From: an uncultured Acidobacteriota bacterium
GTDB lineage: Bacteria; Acidobacteriota; Thermoanaerobaculia; Multivoradales; JAHEKO01
NCBI GenBank assembly: GCA_963713825.1
Contig: CAVQNG010000004.1
Location: forward strand, 286,592 to 350,591
Direction of reading: 5' to 3'
DNA: 64,000 nt
A program made the position numbers and the translations under genes. The notes under the pieces are model-generated. The model saw only the letters and a program-made list of their open reading frames with translations, made no database searches and had not been told where the DNA came from. Below, piece by piece: positions 32,477 to 40,771 of the stretch (position 1 is its first letter; each line of letters starts with the position of its first letter).

Positions 32477-34609
32477 CTACTGCGTCGCGTTCAAATGCGC
32501 CGCGACGGCGCCGCGATCGACCCGGGCCAGAATCCAGCTGCCCCCTTTCGACTCGAGCTCGATCACAAACAGCCCCGGATGCTCCTGGACCCAGACGTGC
32601 TCGATGGTCTTCGGACCCAGGGCGGCGACATACTCGACCTCGCGGTCCAGGAGGCGCTGCAACCAGGCCTGCCGATCCGCCAGCGCTGCGACATTCTCCG
32701 GGTCCTCGTAGCTGACCAGCCCCCCATCGGTCGTGATCGGAAGATAGAGGACCTCGCGCTGCAACCGTGAGCCTAACAACGGAGAGCGAAACCAGTTATG
32801 GCCGATACCACCCCCGAAGCCAGCCGTGGCGGCGACGGTACCGGCTCCCTTTTCATCCAGCTCCTTCCAGAGAGGCCAACCACGGATGTAATTGTTGTGA
32901 TGAAAGTCGTCCAGCTCCCAGTTGGCAAACAGCCGGTAGCAATCGTAGCGGGTCACCTCACGAACCGCCGAGGCCAGGATGAGAGCGACCGTCACCATCA
33001 GCGTGGTCAGCGTGGCCGTCAACCATCGCCCGCTGGGCCGCCGATGTAGATGCCGGCGATACAGGTAACACAGCCCGAACACGAGAAGCAGGACAATCAG
33101 CCAGATTCGCAAGGTCGAGCCAGGAACCGGCGCCGGCCATTTGCGAGGCGCATAGGCGAAGAGCTCGATCACAAGCAGGGGTAGCACTACCCAGCGCACG
33201 GCGCGCTTGCCTGCGAAACCTGCGAGAGCAAACAGAGCCACGAAGCCAGGCACCCAGAATCGGCCCAGAACATTGAGCCATTGGTCCAGCAGCAGGACCC
33301 CTTTGCCGACCAGGGCAGGAGCCGCCACGGAGACCGCTGTCACCAGCGCCCAGATCAGGAAGACACGACTGCCGACGGCCTTCGAGCGGCGCCAGCCGCC
33401 GACCACACCCAGGATCAGAAAGCCGAGGCCCAACCAACCGACATTCAGAAACGGATCAACATCCCGCACGTTGATCAGCAGGGCCTTCAGGGCTTCAATC
33501 AGCGCCGGGCCCAGCTCCTTCGATGGCGCATTGGAGAGCAGGTTCTCGAGAGCCTGGTTATAAGGCAAAGACTCCAGGACACGAAACGGATAGAACGGGG
33601 AACCCCGGTGGACAACATTGAAGATCCAGTTCGGCAGCACCACCGCCGAGCCGGCGAGAAAGGCCCCGAGCAGGGCCGGCCCGCGCCGCCGCCAAGCCCA
33701 CCACAGGCTCAGCAAGGCACCGGCAGCAGCGACCGGCAGGAAAGTGAGCTTGATGGCGACGCCCAGGCCACAGCTCGCGCCAAGAACAAGAGATGACGCG
33801 GCTGAATCACCGCCCCGCTCCATCTCGACGACGCACAGAGCCGCAATCAGCGCCATGAGAAGAACGCCATTGTCCACGTAGGCCGTATTGAGCTGAGTGA
33901 GCTGGCTCGGCAAAGTGGCGATGCCCAAGGCCACCACCAGAGCACCGACAGGCTCCTGCCCGAGCGCTCGAGTGAGAGCGAATGACGCCACCAGAATCGC
34001 CAGCCAGATGCCGATGGCCACGACTGGAACCAGGACGTCACCGGTCTGCCAGATCAGGGCCCAGGCCCATAGGGAATCACCGGCCCAGGGGAAGAACTCG
34101 TAGTAGGTCCACGCATCGGGCGCCGGCTCCAGCCCCACGCCGCCCGTCTGCACCCATCGCCCGGCCCGGAACAGGTGGTAGGTGAAATCGTCCCAGCCAA
34201 AGGTCGGTGTCGCCAGAATCCGCGCCAGCCGAACCGAGAGATGGAGGGCCACGACGCCGACGGCGGCGGCGGCCAGGGGCTCCTTCCTCAAAGCGGTCCC
34301 GAGCTCTCTAAGCGCGCTCCTCGACTGCTCACCCACTCGCCGTAGCGTCGCCGAGACTCTTGTCCGGAGCCGCATCAGAACCAGCGCAGGACAGACCAAG
34401 CAGACCAGTACAACAACCGGCAATCGAAACGCGCCGAGGAGCCCCAGGATCTGAAACGTCAGGAACGCGAGCCAGAGAAATGCACAGATGGCGGCCGTGA
34501 CCTGGACCCTGAGAGGGCGGTCCTGAAGAGGCTCGGAAACAAGGACCAGGACGCCGAGCGCACAAGCCGAGAAGGTCGCAACAGCAGCCAGGAATCCAAG
34601 GAACAACAT
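32477..34609 (-). CDS. Polytopic membrane protein, probable GT-C glycosyltransferase
   Basis: Many TM helices; GWDDFTYHL luminal motif, YVD and GSPFYP; operonic with GT2. Confidence 0.65.
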   Translation of the reverse strand: MLFLGFLAAVATFSACALGVLVLVSEPLQDRPLRVQVTAAICAFLWLAFLTFQILGLLGAFRLPVVVLVCLVCPALVLMRLRTRVSATLRRVGEQSRSALRELGTALRKEPLAAAAVGVVALHLSVRLARILATPTFGWDDFTYHLFRAGRWVQTGGVGLEPAPDAWTYYEFFPWAGDSLWAWALIWQTGDVLVPVVAIGIWLAILVASFALTRALGQEPVGALVVALGIATLPSQLTQLNTAYVDNGVLLMALIAALCVVEMERGGDSAASSLVLGASCGLGVAIKLTFLPVAAAGALLSLWWAWRRRGPALLGAFLAGSAVVLPNWIFNVVHRGSPFYPFRVLESLPYNQALENLLSNAPSKELGPALIEALKALLINVRDVDPFLNVGWLGLGFLILGVVGGWRRSKAVGSRVFLIWALVTAVSVAAPALVGKGVLLLDQWLNVLGRFWVPGFVALFALAGFAGKRAVRWVVLPLLVIELFAYAPRKWPAPVPGSTLRIWLIVLLLVFGLCYLYRRHLHRRPSGRWLTATLTTLMVTVALILASAVREVTRYDCYRLFANWELDDFHHNNYIRGWPLWKELDEKGAGTVAATAGFGGGIGHNWFRSPLLGSRLQREVLYLPITTDGGLVSYEDPENVAALADRQAWLQRLLDREVEYVAALGPKTIEHVWVQEHPGLFVIELESKGGSWILARVDRGAVAAHLNATQ

Positions 34610-34717
34610 GAGATCTAGGTGGTTCGCTGCAGGCCCGCCGTTTCAAAGTACACGTCTCGGTCGGCTCAGACTATACCCAAAAGCAGACGGCGGGCCCTAC
34701 TCCCTCTCCCCGAGGGG

Positions 34718-34880
34718 TTGAAGCGGCCGCCGCCCCTGGCGGCCGTTCCTTGAGCAGTGAGGTTGAGGCGATCGGAAGGACCTTCCGATCGTCCTTTGAG
34801 CAATGCCCTACCCCCCATTCCTCACTCCTCACTTCCCACTGCGCCACCGCTTCACTGCTCCTTTGCTCCACTGCTCTCCC
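34718..34880. repeat. Family D hairpin (34718-34745) plus a degenerate 7/8-mer tandem array
   Basis: TTGAAGCGGCCGCCGCCCCTGGCGGCCG; CTCACTC CTCACTT CCCACTG ... GCTCCTTT GCTCCACT GCTCTCCC. Confidence 0.65.
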
Positions 34881-34885
34881 CCTTC

Positions 34886-35006
34886 CTACCTCATGGGGTG
34901 GCCCAGCTACTGTCCCTTTGGAGAAATGGACCTACCCTTCTGGTTGTGGCACAGAGAGCCGCTGGAAGCCATGCTTCCGGTTGCAGACCGGTACCCAGGG
35001 GGGTAA
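34886..35006. promoter_or_regulatory. Cluster of candidate regulator sites upstream of the 21-heme gene
   Basis: CTACCT-CATG-GGGTGG (34886), CTACCC-TTCT-GGTTGT (34932), GTACCC-AGGG-GGGTAA (34991). Confidence 0.6.
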
Positions 35007-35108
35007 CCCAAATCTCGAACTGGTCAAGGCACTACGTCCCCCTGGCTCGATCGAAACGAAACGCTTCGCAGGAGAACCTCCATGTGTAGTTCAACCCGCT
35101 CTCAAACC

Positions 35109-38054
35109 ATGCAGAGAATCCTCTTCCTGGCGGTGGGCCTGGCGTTGGTCGCGTTGCTGGCTCCGGCCCATGCCCAGGAATCCGAGGACTGCCTGGGATG
35201 CCACTCGGACACCGATCTGACCGGCTCCCATAACGGCGAAGAGATCTCTGTCTTCGTAGACGAGTCGGCCTACGGCACCTCGGTGCATGGAGACATGACG
35301 TGCGTCGACTGCCATGCCGACCTGGCCGGCGACGGCTTTCATGACGACGAGATCGAGCCCGAACCGGTGGACTGCGGCATGTGCCACGACGGTCCGGTCT
35401 CCGAGATGGAGAAAGGCCGCCATGGCCGGCTGCGGGCTACGGACAGCCAGTGGGCGCCCGACTGTGGCGACTGCCACGGCAAGCACGACATCGGCCTCGT
35501 CGCCGAGAAGGTTCCGAACTGCGCCAACTGTCATCGGCGCCAGGCAAACGAACAGCAACGCAGCCTGCACGGGCAGGCAGCGGCACGAGGCGATGAGTTC
35601 GCACCGCTGTGTGGCGACTGCCACGGCAGCCACAACATTCTGCCTTCGTCCGACGAAACCTCGCCCATTGCTGTCGTCAACATCCCAATGCTCTGCGGCA
35701 AGTGCCACCAGGAGGGCACGGAAGTGACGCAGACCCATGAGATCCACCAGGATCGGATCCTCGAGCACTACTCCATGAGTATCCACGGTGAGGGCCTCTT
35801 TCAACAGGGCCTGACGGTGACCGCGGTCTGCACCTCCTGCCACACGGCGCACGACATCCTGCCCCACACCGACCCGGCTTCGAGCATTCACCGGGACAAT
35901 ATCGCCAGCACCTGCACCCAATGCCATGGGCAGATCGAGAGAGTTCACCAGAAGGTCATCGAAGGCCGCTTGTGGGAGGAGGAGCCTCACAAGATCCCGG
36001 CCTGCGTCGACTGCCACTCGCCACACAAGATCCGGCGCGTCTTCTACGACGCAGGCATGGCCAATGAGGACTGTCTGACGTGTCACCGCAACCCTGACCT
36101 GACCATGGAGCGTAACGGCGAGACGATCTCGCTGGCGGTGGATGGAGACCGATTCAATACCACCGCGCATGCCACGGTTGCCTGCGCCCAGTGCCACACC
36201 GACGTGACCACCTCCCTCGAGCGGGCCTGCGAAACGATCGAGAACAACGTCGACTGCAGCATCTGCCACGCCGAGCCGGTGGCCGACTACGAGCTCGGAA
36301 TGCACGGCACTCTCCACGCCGAGGACGATCCCGACGCCCCCTACTGCCTGGACTGCCATGGCAAGCACGACATCCAGTTGATGACCGTTCCCACGTCACC
36401 GACGTTTCCCAGCAACGTGCCCGCCCTCTGCGCCCAGTGCCACCGGGAAGGCGGCCAGGCCGAAGTGCGGATCGAGACCGATCTCGACAACATTGTCGAC
36501 AGCTATGTGGACAGCATCCACGGCAAGGGCCTGCTCGAGAGCGGTCTCCTGGTCACGGCGACCTGCAGCGACTGTCACAGCGCCCATCGTGAGCTGCCAC
36601 CCGACGACGAGCGCTCGACCATCCACCACGACCAAGTTGCCGACACCTGCGCTCAGTGCCACCACGGCATCGTCGAGACCTTCAGGACGAGCATTCACTG
36701 GCCTCAGGAGGATGGCGAAGAGTTGGAGGAAGGACGCGAGCGCCCGACCTGCATCTCCTGCCATACCGCCCACACCATCTCGCGCCACGATCTGAATGAC
36801 TTCCGTTTCACCATGATGGATCAGTGCGGCAAGTGCCACGAGGAAGAGGCCCACACCTTCTTCGACACCTTCCACGGCAAGGTCTCTAACCTCGGATCGG
36901 CCGGCGCTGCCAAGTGCTACGACTGCCATGGCACCCACAACATTTTGCCGACTTCGAATCCCTCTTCGGCCTTGGGTCGCGACAACGTCGTAGCGACCTG
37001 CGGCGAGTGTCACGAAGGCTCCCACCGGCGCTTCGCGGGTTACCTGACGCACGCCACGCACCACGATCCAGATCGCTACCCTTGGCTCTTCTGGTCGTTC
37101 TGGTTCATGACCATCTTGCTGGTCGGCACCCTGACCTTCGCCATGCTCCACACCCTGGCCTGGCTGGTCCGGCTGTATCTGTCTCGCGACGAGTGGAGGG
37201 CCCACAAAGCCCTGGCCGAAACCGATCACAAGCCACTGTTCCGACGCTTCACGCGCTTCAACCGACATCTGCACTTCACCATGCTGATCAGCTTCTTCAT
37301 CCTGTCGTTGACGGGCATGGCACTGAAGTTCTCCTATATGGGCTGGGCACAGGGCTTCGCCCGCTTGCTGGGTGGATTCGGCGTCACCGGCGCGCTGCAC
37401 CGCATGGGTGCGGTGATCCTCTTTGTCGTCTTCTTCTTGCACCTCTGGTACGTGCTTCACAACAAGAAGACCAAGGACATGACCTGGAAAGACGTCCTCA
37501 TGGGACCGACGACGATTCTGTTCACGACCCGGGACGCCAAGGAATTCGTCCAGTCCATCAAGTGGTTCTTCGGCATCGGCCCGAGGCCGCAGTACGGCCG
37601 CTACACCTACTGGGAGAAGTTCGACTACTTCGCAGTGCTCTGGGGAATCATGATCATCGGCGGCACCGGTTTGCTGCTCTGGTTCCCCGAGTTCTTCACA
37701 CGAATCCTGCCGGGCTGGTCGGTGAACGTCGCTACGATCATCCATAGTGACGAAGCCCTCCTGGCGACCGGCTTCATCTTCACGATCCACTTCTTCAACA
37801 CCCACTTCCGGCCGGACAAGTTCCCAATGGACCCGGTGATCTTCACGGGCCGCATGACAGTCGAAGAGCTCGAGTACGACAAGCCGGGCGAGTACGAACG
37901 GCTCAAGGCCTCGGGTGAGCTGGAAGAGCACATCGTGGAGCCCATCCCCTCCTACCTGGAGAAACCGGTCAAGGTCTTCGGCTTCACCGCCCTGTTCATC
38001 GGCCTGACGCTGATCTTCTTGATCATCTACACCATGCTCTTCGGTTACAGGTAG
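35109..38054 (+). CDS. 21-heme cytochrome c fused to an FdnI/HydC-type cytochrome b domain (CbcL-like quinol oxidoreductase)
   Basis: Signal peptide from MQRILF, 21 CXXCH counted, C-terminal RHLH..LTG..LHR..YWEKFDY..IHSDEA..IHFFNTH membrane domain. Confidence 0.92.
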   Translation: MQRILFLAVGLALVALLAPAHAQESEDCLGCHSDTDLTGSHNGEEISVFVDESAYGTSVHGDMTCVDCHADLAGDGFHDDEIEPEPVDCGMCHDGPVSEMEKGRHGRLRATDSQWAPDCGDCHGKHDIGLVAEKVPNCANCHRRQANEQQRSLHGQAAARGDEFAPLCGDCHGSHNILPSSDETSPIAVVNIPMLCGKCHQEGTEVTQTHEIHQDRILEHYSMSIHGEGLFQQGLTVTAVCTSCHTAHDILPHTDPASSIHRDNIASTCTQCHGQIERVHQKVIEGRLWEEEPHKIPACVDCHSPHKIRRVFYDAGMANEDCLTCHRNPDLTMERNGETISLAVDGDRFNTTAHATVACAQCHTDVTTSLERACETIENNVDCSICHAEPVADYELGMHGTLHAEDDPDAPYCLDCHGKHDIQLMTVPTSPTFPSNVPALCAQCHREGGQAEVRIETDLDNIVDSYVDSIHGKGLLESGLLVTATCSDCHSAHRELPPDDERSTIHHDQVADTCAQCHHGIVETFRTSIHWPQEDGEELEEGRERPTCISCHTAHTISRHDLNDFRFTMMDQCGKCHEEEAHTFFDTFHGKVSNLGSAGAAKCYDCHGTHNILPTSNPSSALGRDNVVATCGECHEGSHRRFAGYLTHATHHDPDRYPWLFWSFWFMTILLVGTLTFAMLHTLAWLVRLYLSRDEWRAHKALAETDHKPLFRRFTRFNRHLHFTMLISFFILSLTGMALKFSYMGWAQGFARLLGGFGVTGALHRMGAVILFVVFFLHLWYVLHNKKTKDMTWKDVLMGPTTILFTTRDAKEFVQSIKWFFGIGPRPQYGRYTYWEKFDYFAVLWGIMIIGGTGLLLWFPEFFTRILPGWSVNVATIIHSDEALLATGFIFTIHFFNTHFRPDKFPMDPVIFTGRMTVEELEYDKPGEYERLKASGELEEHIVEPIPSYLEKPVKVFGFTALFIGLTLIFLIIYTMLFGYR

Positions 38055-38079
38055 TACCCGAAGAAGCTCCTTTCTGTGG

Positions 38080-38113
38080 AACGGCCGGCCTTCGGGCCGG
38101 CTGTTCTGTTTTT
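38080..38113 (+). terminator. Rho-independent terminator
   Basis: AACGGCCGGCC-TTCG-GGCCGGCTGTT hairpin followed by CTGTTTTT. Confidence 0.8.
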
Positions 38114-38197
38114 GGGTTGAGGCAACCGGTGCGCTGCACCGGCTGATCTGTGGGGCTTGGGGGCGTAAGGGGCCTGGGCAGGGAACCGACATTTCGT

Positions 38198-38409
38198 AGA
38201 GGCCCGTCCGGGTGGCCCGCAGGGGGACGGCGTCGGCTACTCAGACTGCGACGGGCAGGCCGCCACCTTGTCACGTCATCGCGCCTCATCTCTGGTGTTC
38301 TATGACGCCCCTTGCGCTGCGCTCGACGTGGCACCCCCTGACGATCCACCCGAACAAACCTCTGGCACTGCTGATGGCAATAGGGGCATAAGGGCCTAGT
38401 GCTTAGGGG
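38198..38409 (-). repeat. Family B element (38198-38363, inverted) plus 8-mer array
   Basis: Reverse-complement homolog of 30716-30881. Confidence 0.85.
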
Positions 38410-38431
38410 ACTCTTGACCAAGCGGCATCCA

Positions 38432-38509
38432 GGGTTCGGCGTGGGGACCTCCATGGGGGTTCTTGCAGCGGATGGGAGGATAGCCCCCTGGGGGCCCCAC
38501 GTCGGGCCC
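38432..38509 (+). repeat. Family A hairpin, copy 2
   Basis: GGGTTCGGCGTGGGGACCTCCATGGGGG...CCCCCTGGGGGCCCCACGTCGGGCCC. Confidence 0.85.
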
Positions 38510-38607
38510 CGTACGACGACCTGTCAGGTATCACTCAGCGGACCACCCAGGCGGGCCTCCACACGACGACCGGTTCATCTGAATACGCCAACGGCCGGCA
38601 GGGGCGC

Positions 38608-38834
38608 CGGCCGCTTCAAAACCTCGCACCTGTCGTTGGACGCTCCCGGCCAGCAGTGCCAGCCCACCCTCCAAAAAGCACCATTTAGCACCCGAAATGG
38701 ACAGCGCAGCGGCCACAGTGACAAAAGCTCCCGAACCACCAACGATCCAAGAGCCCAGGACCCAGGTCCCAAGCCTCATAGATCGGCCGGAGGTACGACG
38801 GCTGACTCAACCCTCAATGGCAGTCCGGGCAGAC
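38608..38834. repeat. Left copy of a long direct repeat (other copy 40498-40771), including a duplicate of the last 7 codons of the 18-heme gene
   Basis: Near-identical block CGGCCGCTTCAAAACCTCGCACC...TCAATGGCAGTCCG(G/A)GCAGAC. Confidence 0.9.
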
Positions 38835-38853
38835 GCGATCGACTGAATCATCG

Positions 38854-39765
38854 TCAGTTACACCTCAATTGCACAGAGGTGACCGTGTCGTTTCCGATGC
38901 GGCTGCCGCGCAGGTCGCGCACGCCGCCCGAAATCTCGATGTAGCTACCCTGGAAATCCTCGTGCTGATACAGCCGTGCACGACACCCGGGCGAGACCCT
39001 GGCCGAGCTCGCCTGATCGTTGCCGATACTCGATCCCTGGAGAGAGCTGACGTTCTTAGAGATCAGTTCGCTGCGACCTTGATAGTCGACGTCGCGATAG
39101 AGCGTCACTCCCCGGCGGTTGTTGTCCTCCCAGCCCCAGGAGTTGTCATGTCCGTCGATCATGAACTCCGCGCGGCAGTTGTTGGACACCCAGATGCCGT
39201 TGCGGTCATAGCCCCAGGTTCGGTTGTAGTTGCAGGGGTTGCCGCTCAACTGGCGGTGCAGCTCGACATGCTGCGCCCAGCCGACGTTGCAATACTGGTA
39301 CTGCCCATTGTGAGACTGACAGGTCACCAGGCGGCCGTTCTGACCCTGGCTATAGCCCTGACTTTGGGCGCTGTCGTGCGAGTCGTCCTGATTCGCGACG
39401 ATCGCCGCAACCACCCCGGCCGCCAACAGGCCGCCGATGATGGCGCCGGCCTTGTCTCCACCCTTCTTCTGCTGAGTCGGCTGCTTGGTCGAGCTGTCGA
39501 GGTCGCGAGCTTCCGAGCCGACGGTGAACTCGGCGCTGCAGCCGTTGGAAACCCAGATGCCCTTACTGTCGTAACCCCAGGTGTCGCCGCGCCAGCAGCC
39601 GGCGTGGCTGAGCTGATGATCGAGCTCGACGCCGCCAGACGTGTCGACTGGGCAGTAGTGATGATCATGGCCGTAGGATTCACAGGTCACTTTGAATTGG
39701 GCCCGGGCTCCAGCTGTCGGCAGAAGCAGCAAGGCCGCGGTCAGCATCGTAAGTGCGCTTCTCAT
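38854..39765 (-). CDS. Secreted protein with two DUF3011 repeats and a beta/gamma-crystallin domain
   Basis: Signal peptide from MRSALT (39765); two TCES/TCQS..C..QLS..C..TWGYD..GIWVSNxC.AEF units; LYRDVDYQG..NDQASSARV..LYQHEDFQG. Confidence 0.85.
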   Translation of the reverse strand: MRSALTMLTAALLLLPTAGARAQFKVTCESYGHDHHYCPVDTSGGVELDHQLSHAGCWRGDTWGYDSKGIWVSNGCSAEFTVGSEARDLDSSTKQPTQQKKGGDKAGAIIGGLLAAGVVAAIVANQDDSHDSAQSQGYSQGQNGRLVTCQSHNGQYQYCNVGWAQHVELHRQLSGNPCNYNRTWGYDRNGIWVSNNCRAEFMIDGHDNSWGWEDNNRRGVTLYRDVDYQGRSELISKNVSSLQGSSIGNDQASSARVSPGCRARLYQHEDFQGSYIEISGGVRDLRGSRIGNDTVTSVQLRCN

Positions 39766-40181
39766 CGGTCTTCCTCCTCGTGACCAGCCTCGACCAGCTC
39801 CTGCTTGGTGATGTGGCCGTCGGCGTCGCTGTCGACCGACTCGAATAGCACGCCTATGTGTGCCATGAACTCCCGGTCGGACAGGATCTCGTCGCGGTCG
39901 CTGTCGGCGAGCTCGTGATGCGGCGCGACCAGCACCTCGGAGAACTCCTCGGCCTGCAGGACGCCGTCGCCATTCGCATCGAACTCGAAGAAGACCTTCG
40001 TCATACGATTGCGAAACTCCTCCATACTGAGCTTGCCGTCGGCATTTCGATCGGCCGACTCGAAGTCCGAAACCGGCACTGCTTCCCCCGCGGGGGCTGT
40101 GGCGACTTCGACCTCCTCGGCCATCAAATGCGAGCCGATTGCGGTGCTGGCGAAAACGAGGACCCACAACGACGTTCTCAC
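39762..40181 (-). CDS. Secreted EF-hand protein
   Basis: Four EF loops: DRNADGKLSMEE, DANGDGVLQAEE, DSDRDEILSDRE, DSDADGHITKQE. Confidence 0.88.
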   Translation of the reverse strand: MRTSLWVLVFASTAIGSHLMAEEVEVATAPAGEAVPVSDFESADRNADGKLSMEEFRNRMTKVFFEFDANGDGVLQAEEFSEVLVAPHHELADSDRDEILSDREFMAHIGVLFESVDSDADGHITKQELVEAGHEEEDR

Positions 40182-40364
40182 ATCAAACCTCCTCTGAACT
40201 TTTGACCATCAGCTCGATGCATGACGATTGAGCTGCCGATTCTACTTCAAGAGTCGACCTCGACAAGTGCGGTTTGGCCCCACGGGTCGATAGGGCGTGG
40301 CACTCGATCCCGCGCTCCCGGAGGGCACCGGCCGCTTCAAGAATCAGGAGCGTTACTTCTCTAA

Positions 40365-40771
40365 ACCCCTACGCCCCTATGCCCCTCTCGGTGCCGAGAG
40401 GTTCGTTCGGGTGGTTCGACAGGGGGCGCCGAGTCGAGCGCGGCGCAAGGTCCTCGATAGGGCACCGGAGTTGGGGCGCGACGACGAGACGAGGTGGCGG
40501 CCGCTTCAAAACCTCGCACCTGTCGTTGGACGCTCCCGGCCAGCAGTGCCAGCCCACCCTCCAAAAAGCACCATTTAGCACCCAAAATGGACAGCGCAGC
40601 GGCCAAAGTGACAAACGCTCCCGAACCACCAACGATCCAAGAGCCCAGGACCCAGGTCCCAAGCCCTCATAGATCGGCCGGAGGTACGACGGGCGCCTCA
40701 ACCCCCAAGCCCCCAAAGGTCAGCCGAAGGTACGACGGCTGACTCAACCCTCAATGGCAGTCCGAGCAGAC
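40365..40771. repeat. 8-mer array, truncated family B (40397-40502) and right copy of the long direct repeat (40498-40771)
   Basis: B element ends at GCGGCC, fused to GCTTCAAAACC; two family C units precede the cytochrome stop. Confidence 0.85.
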
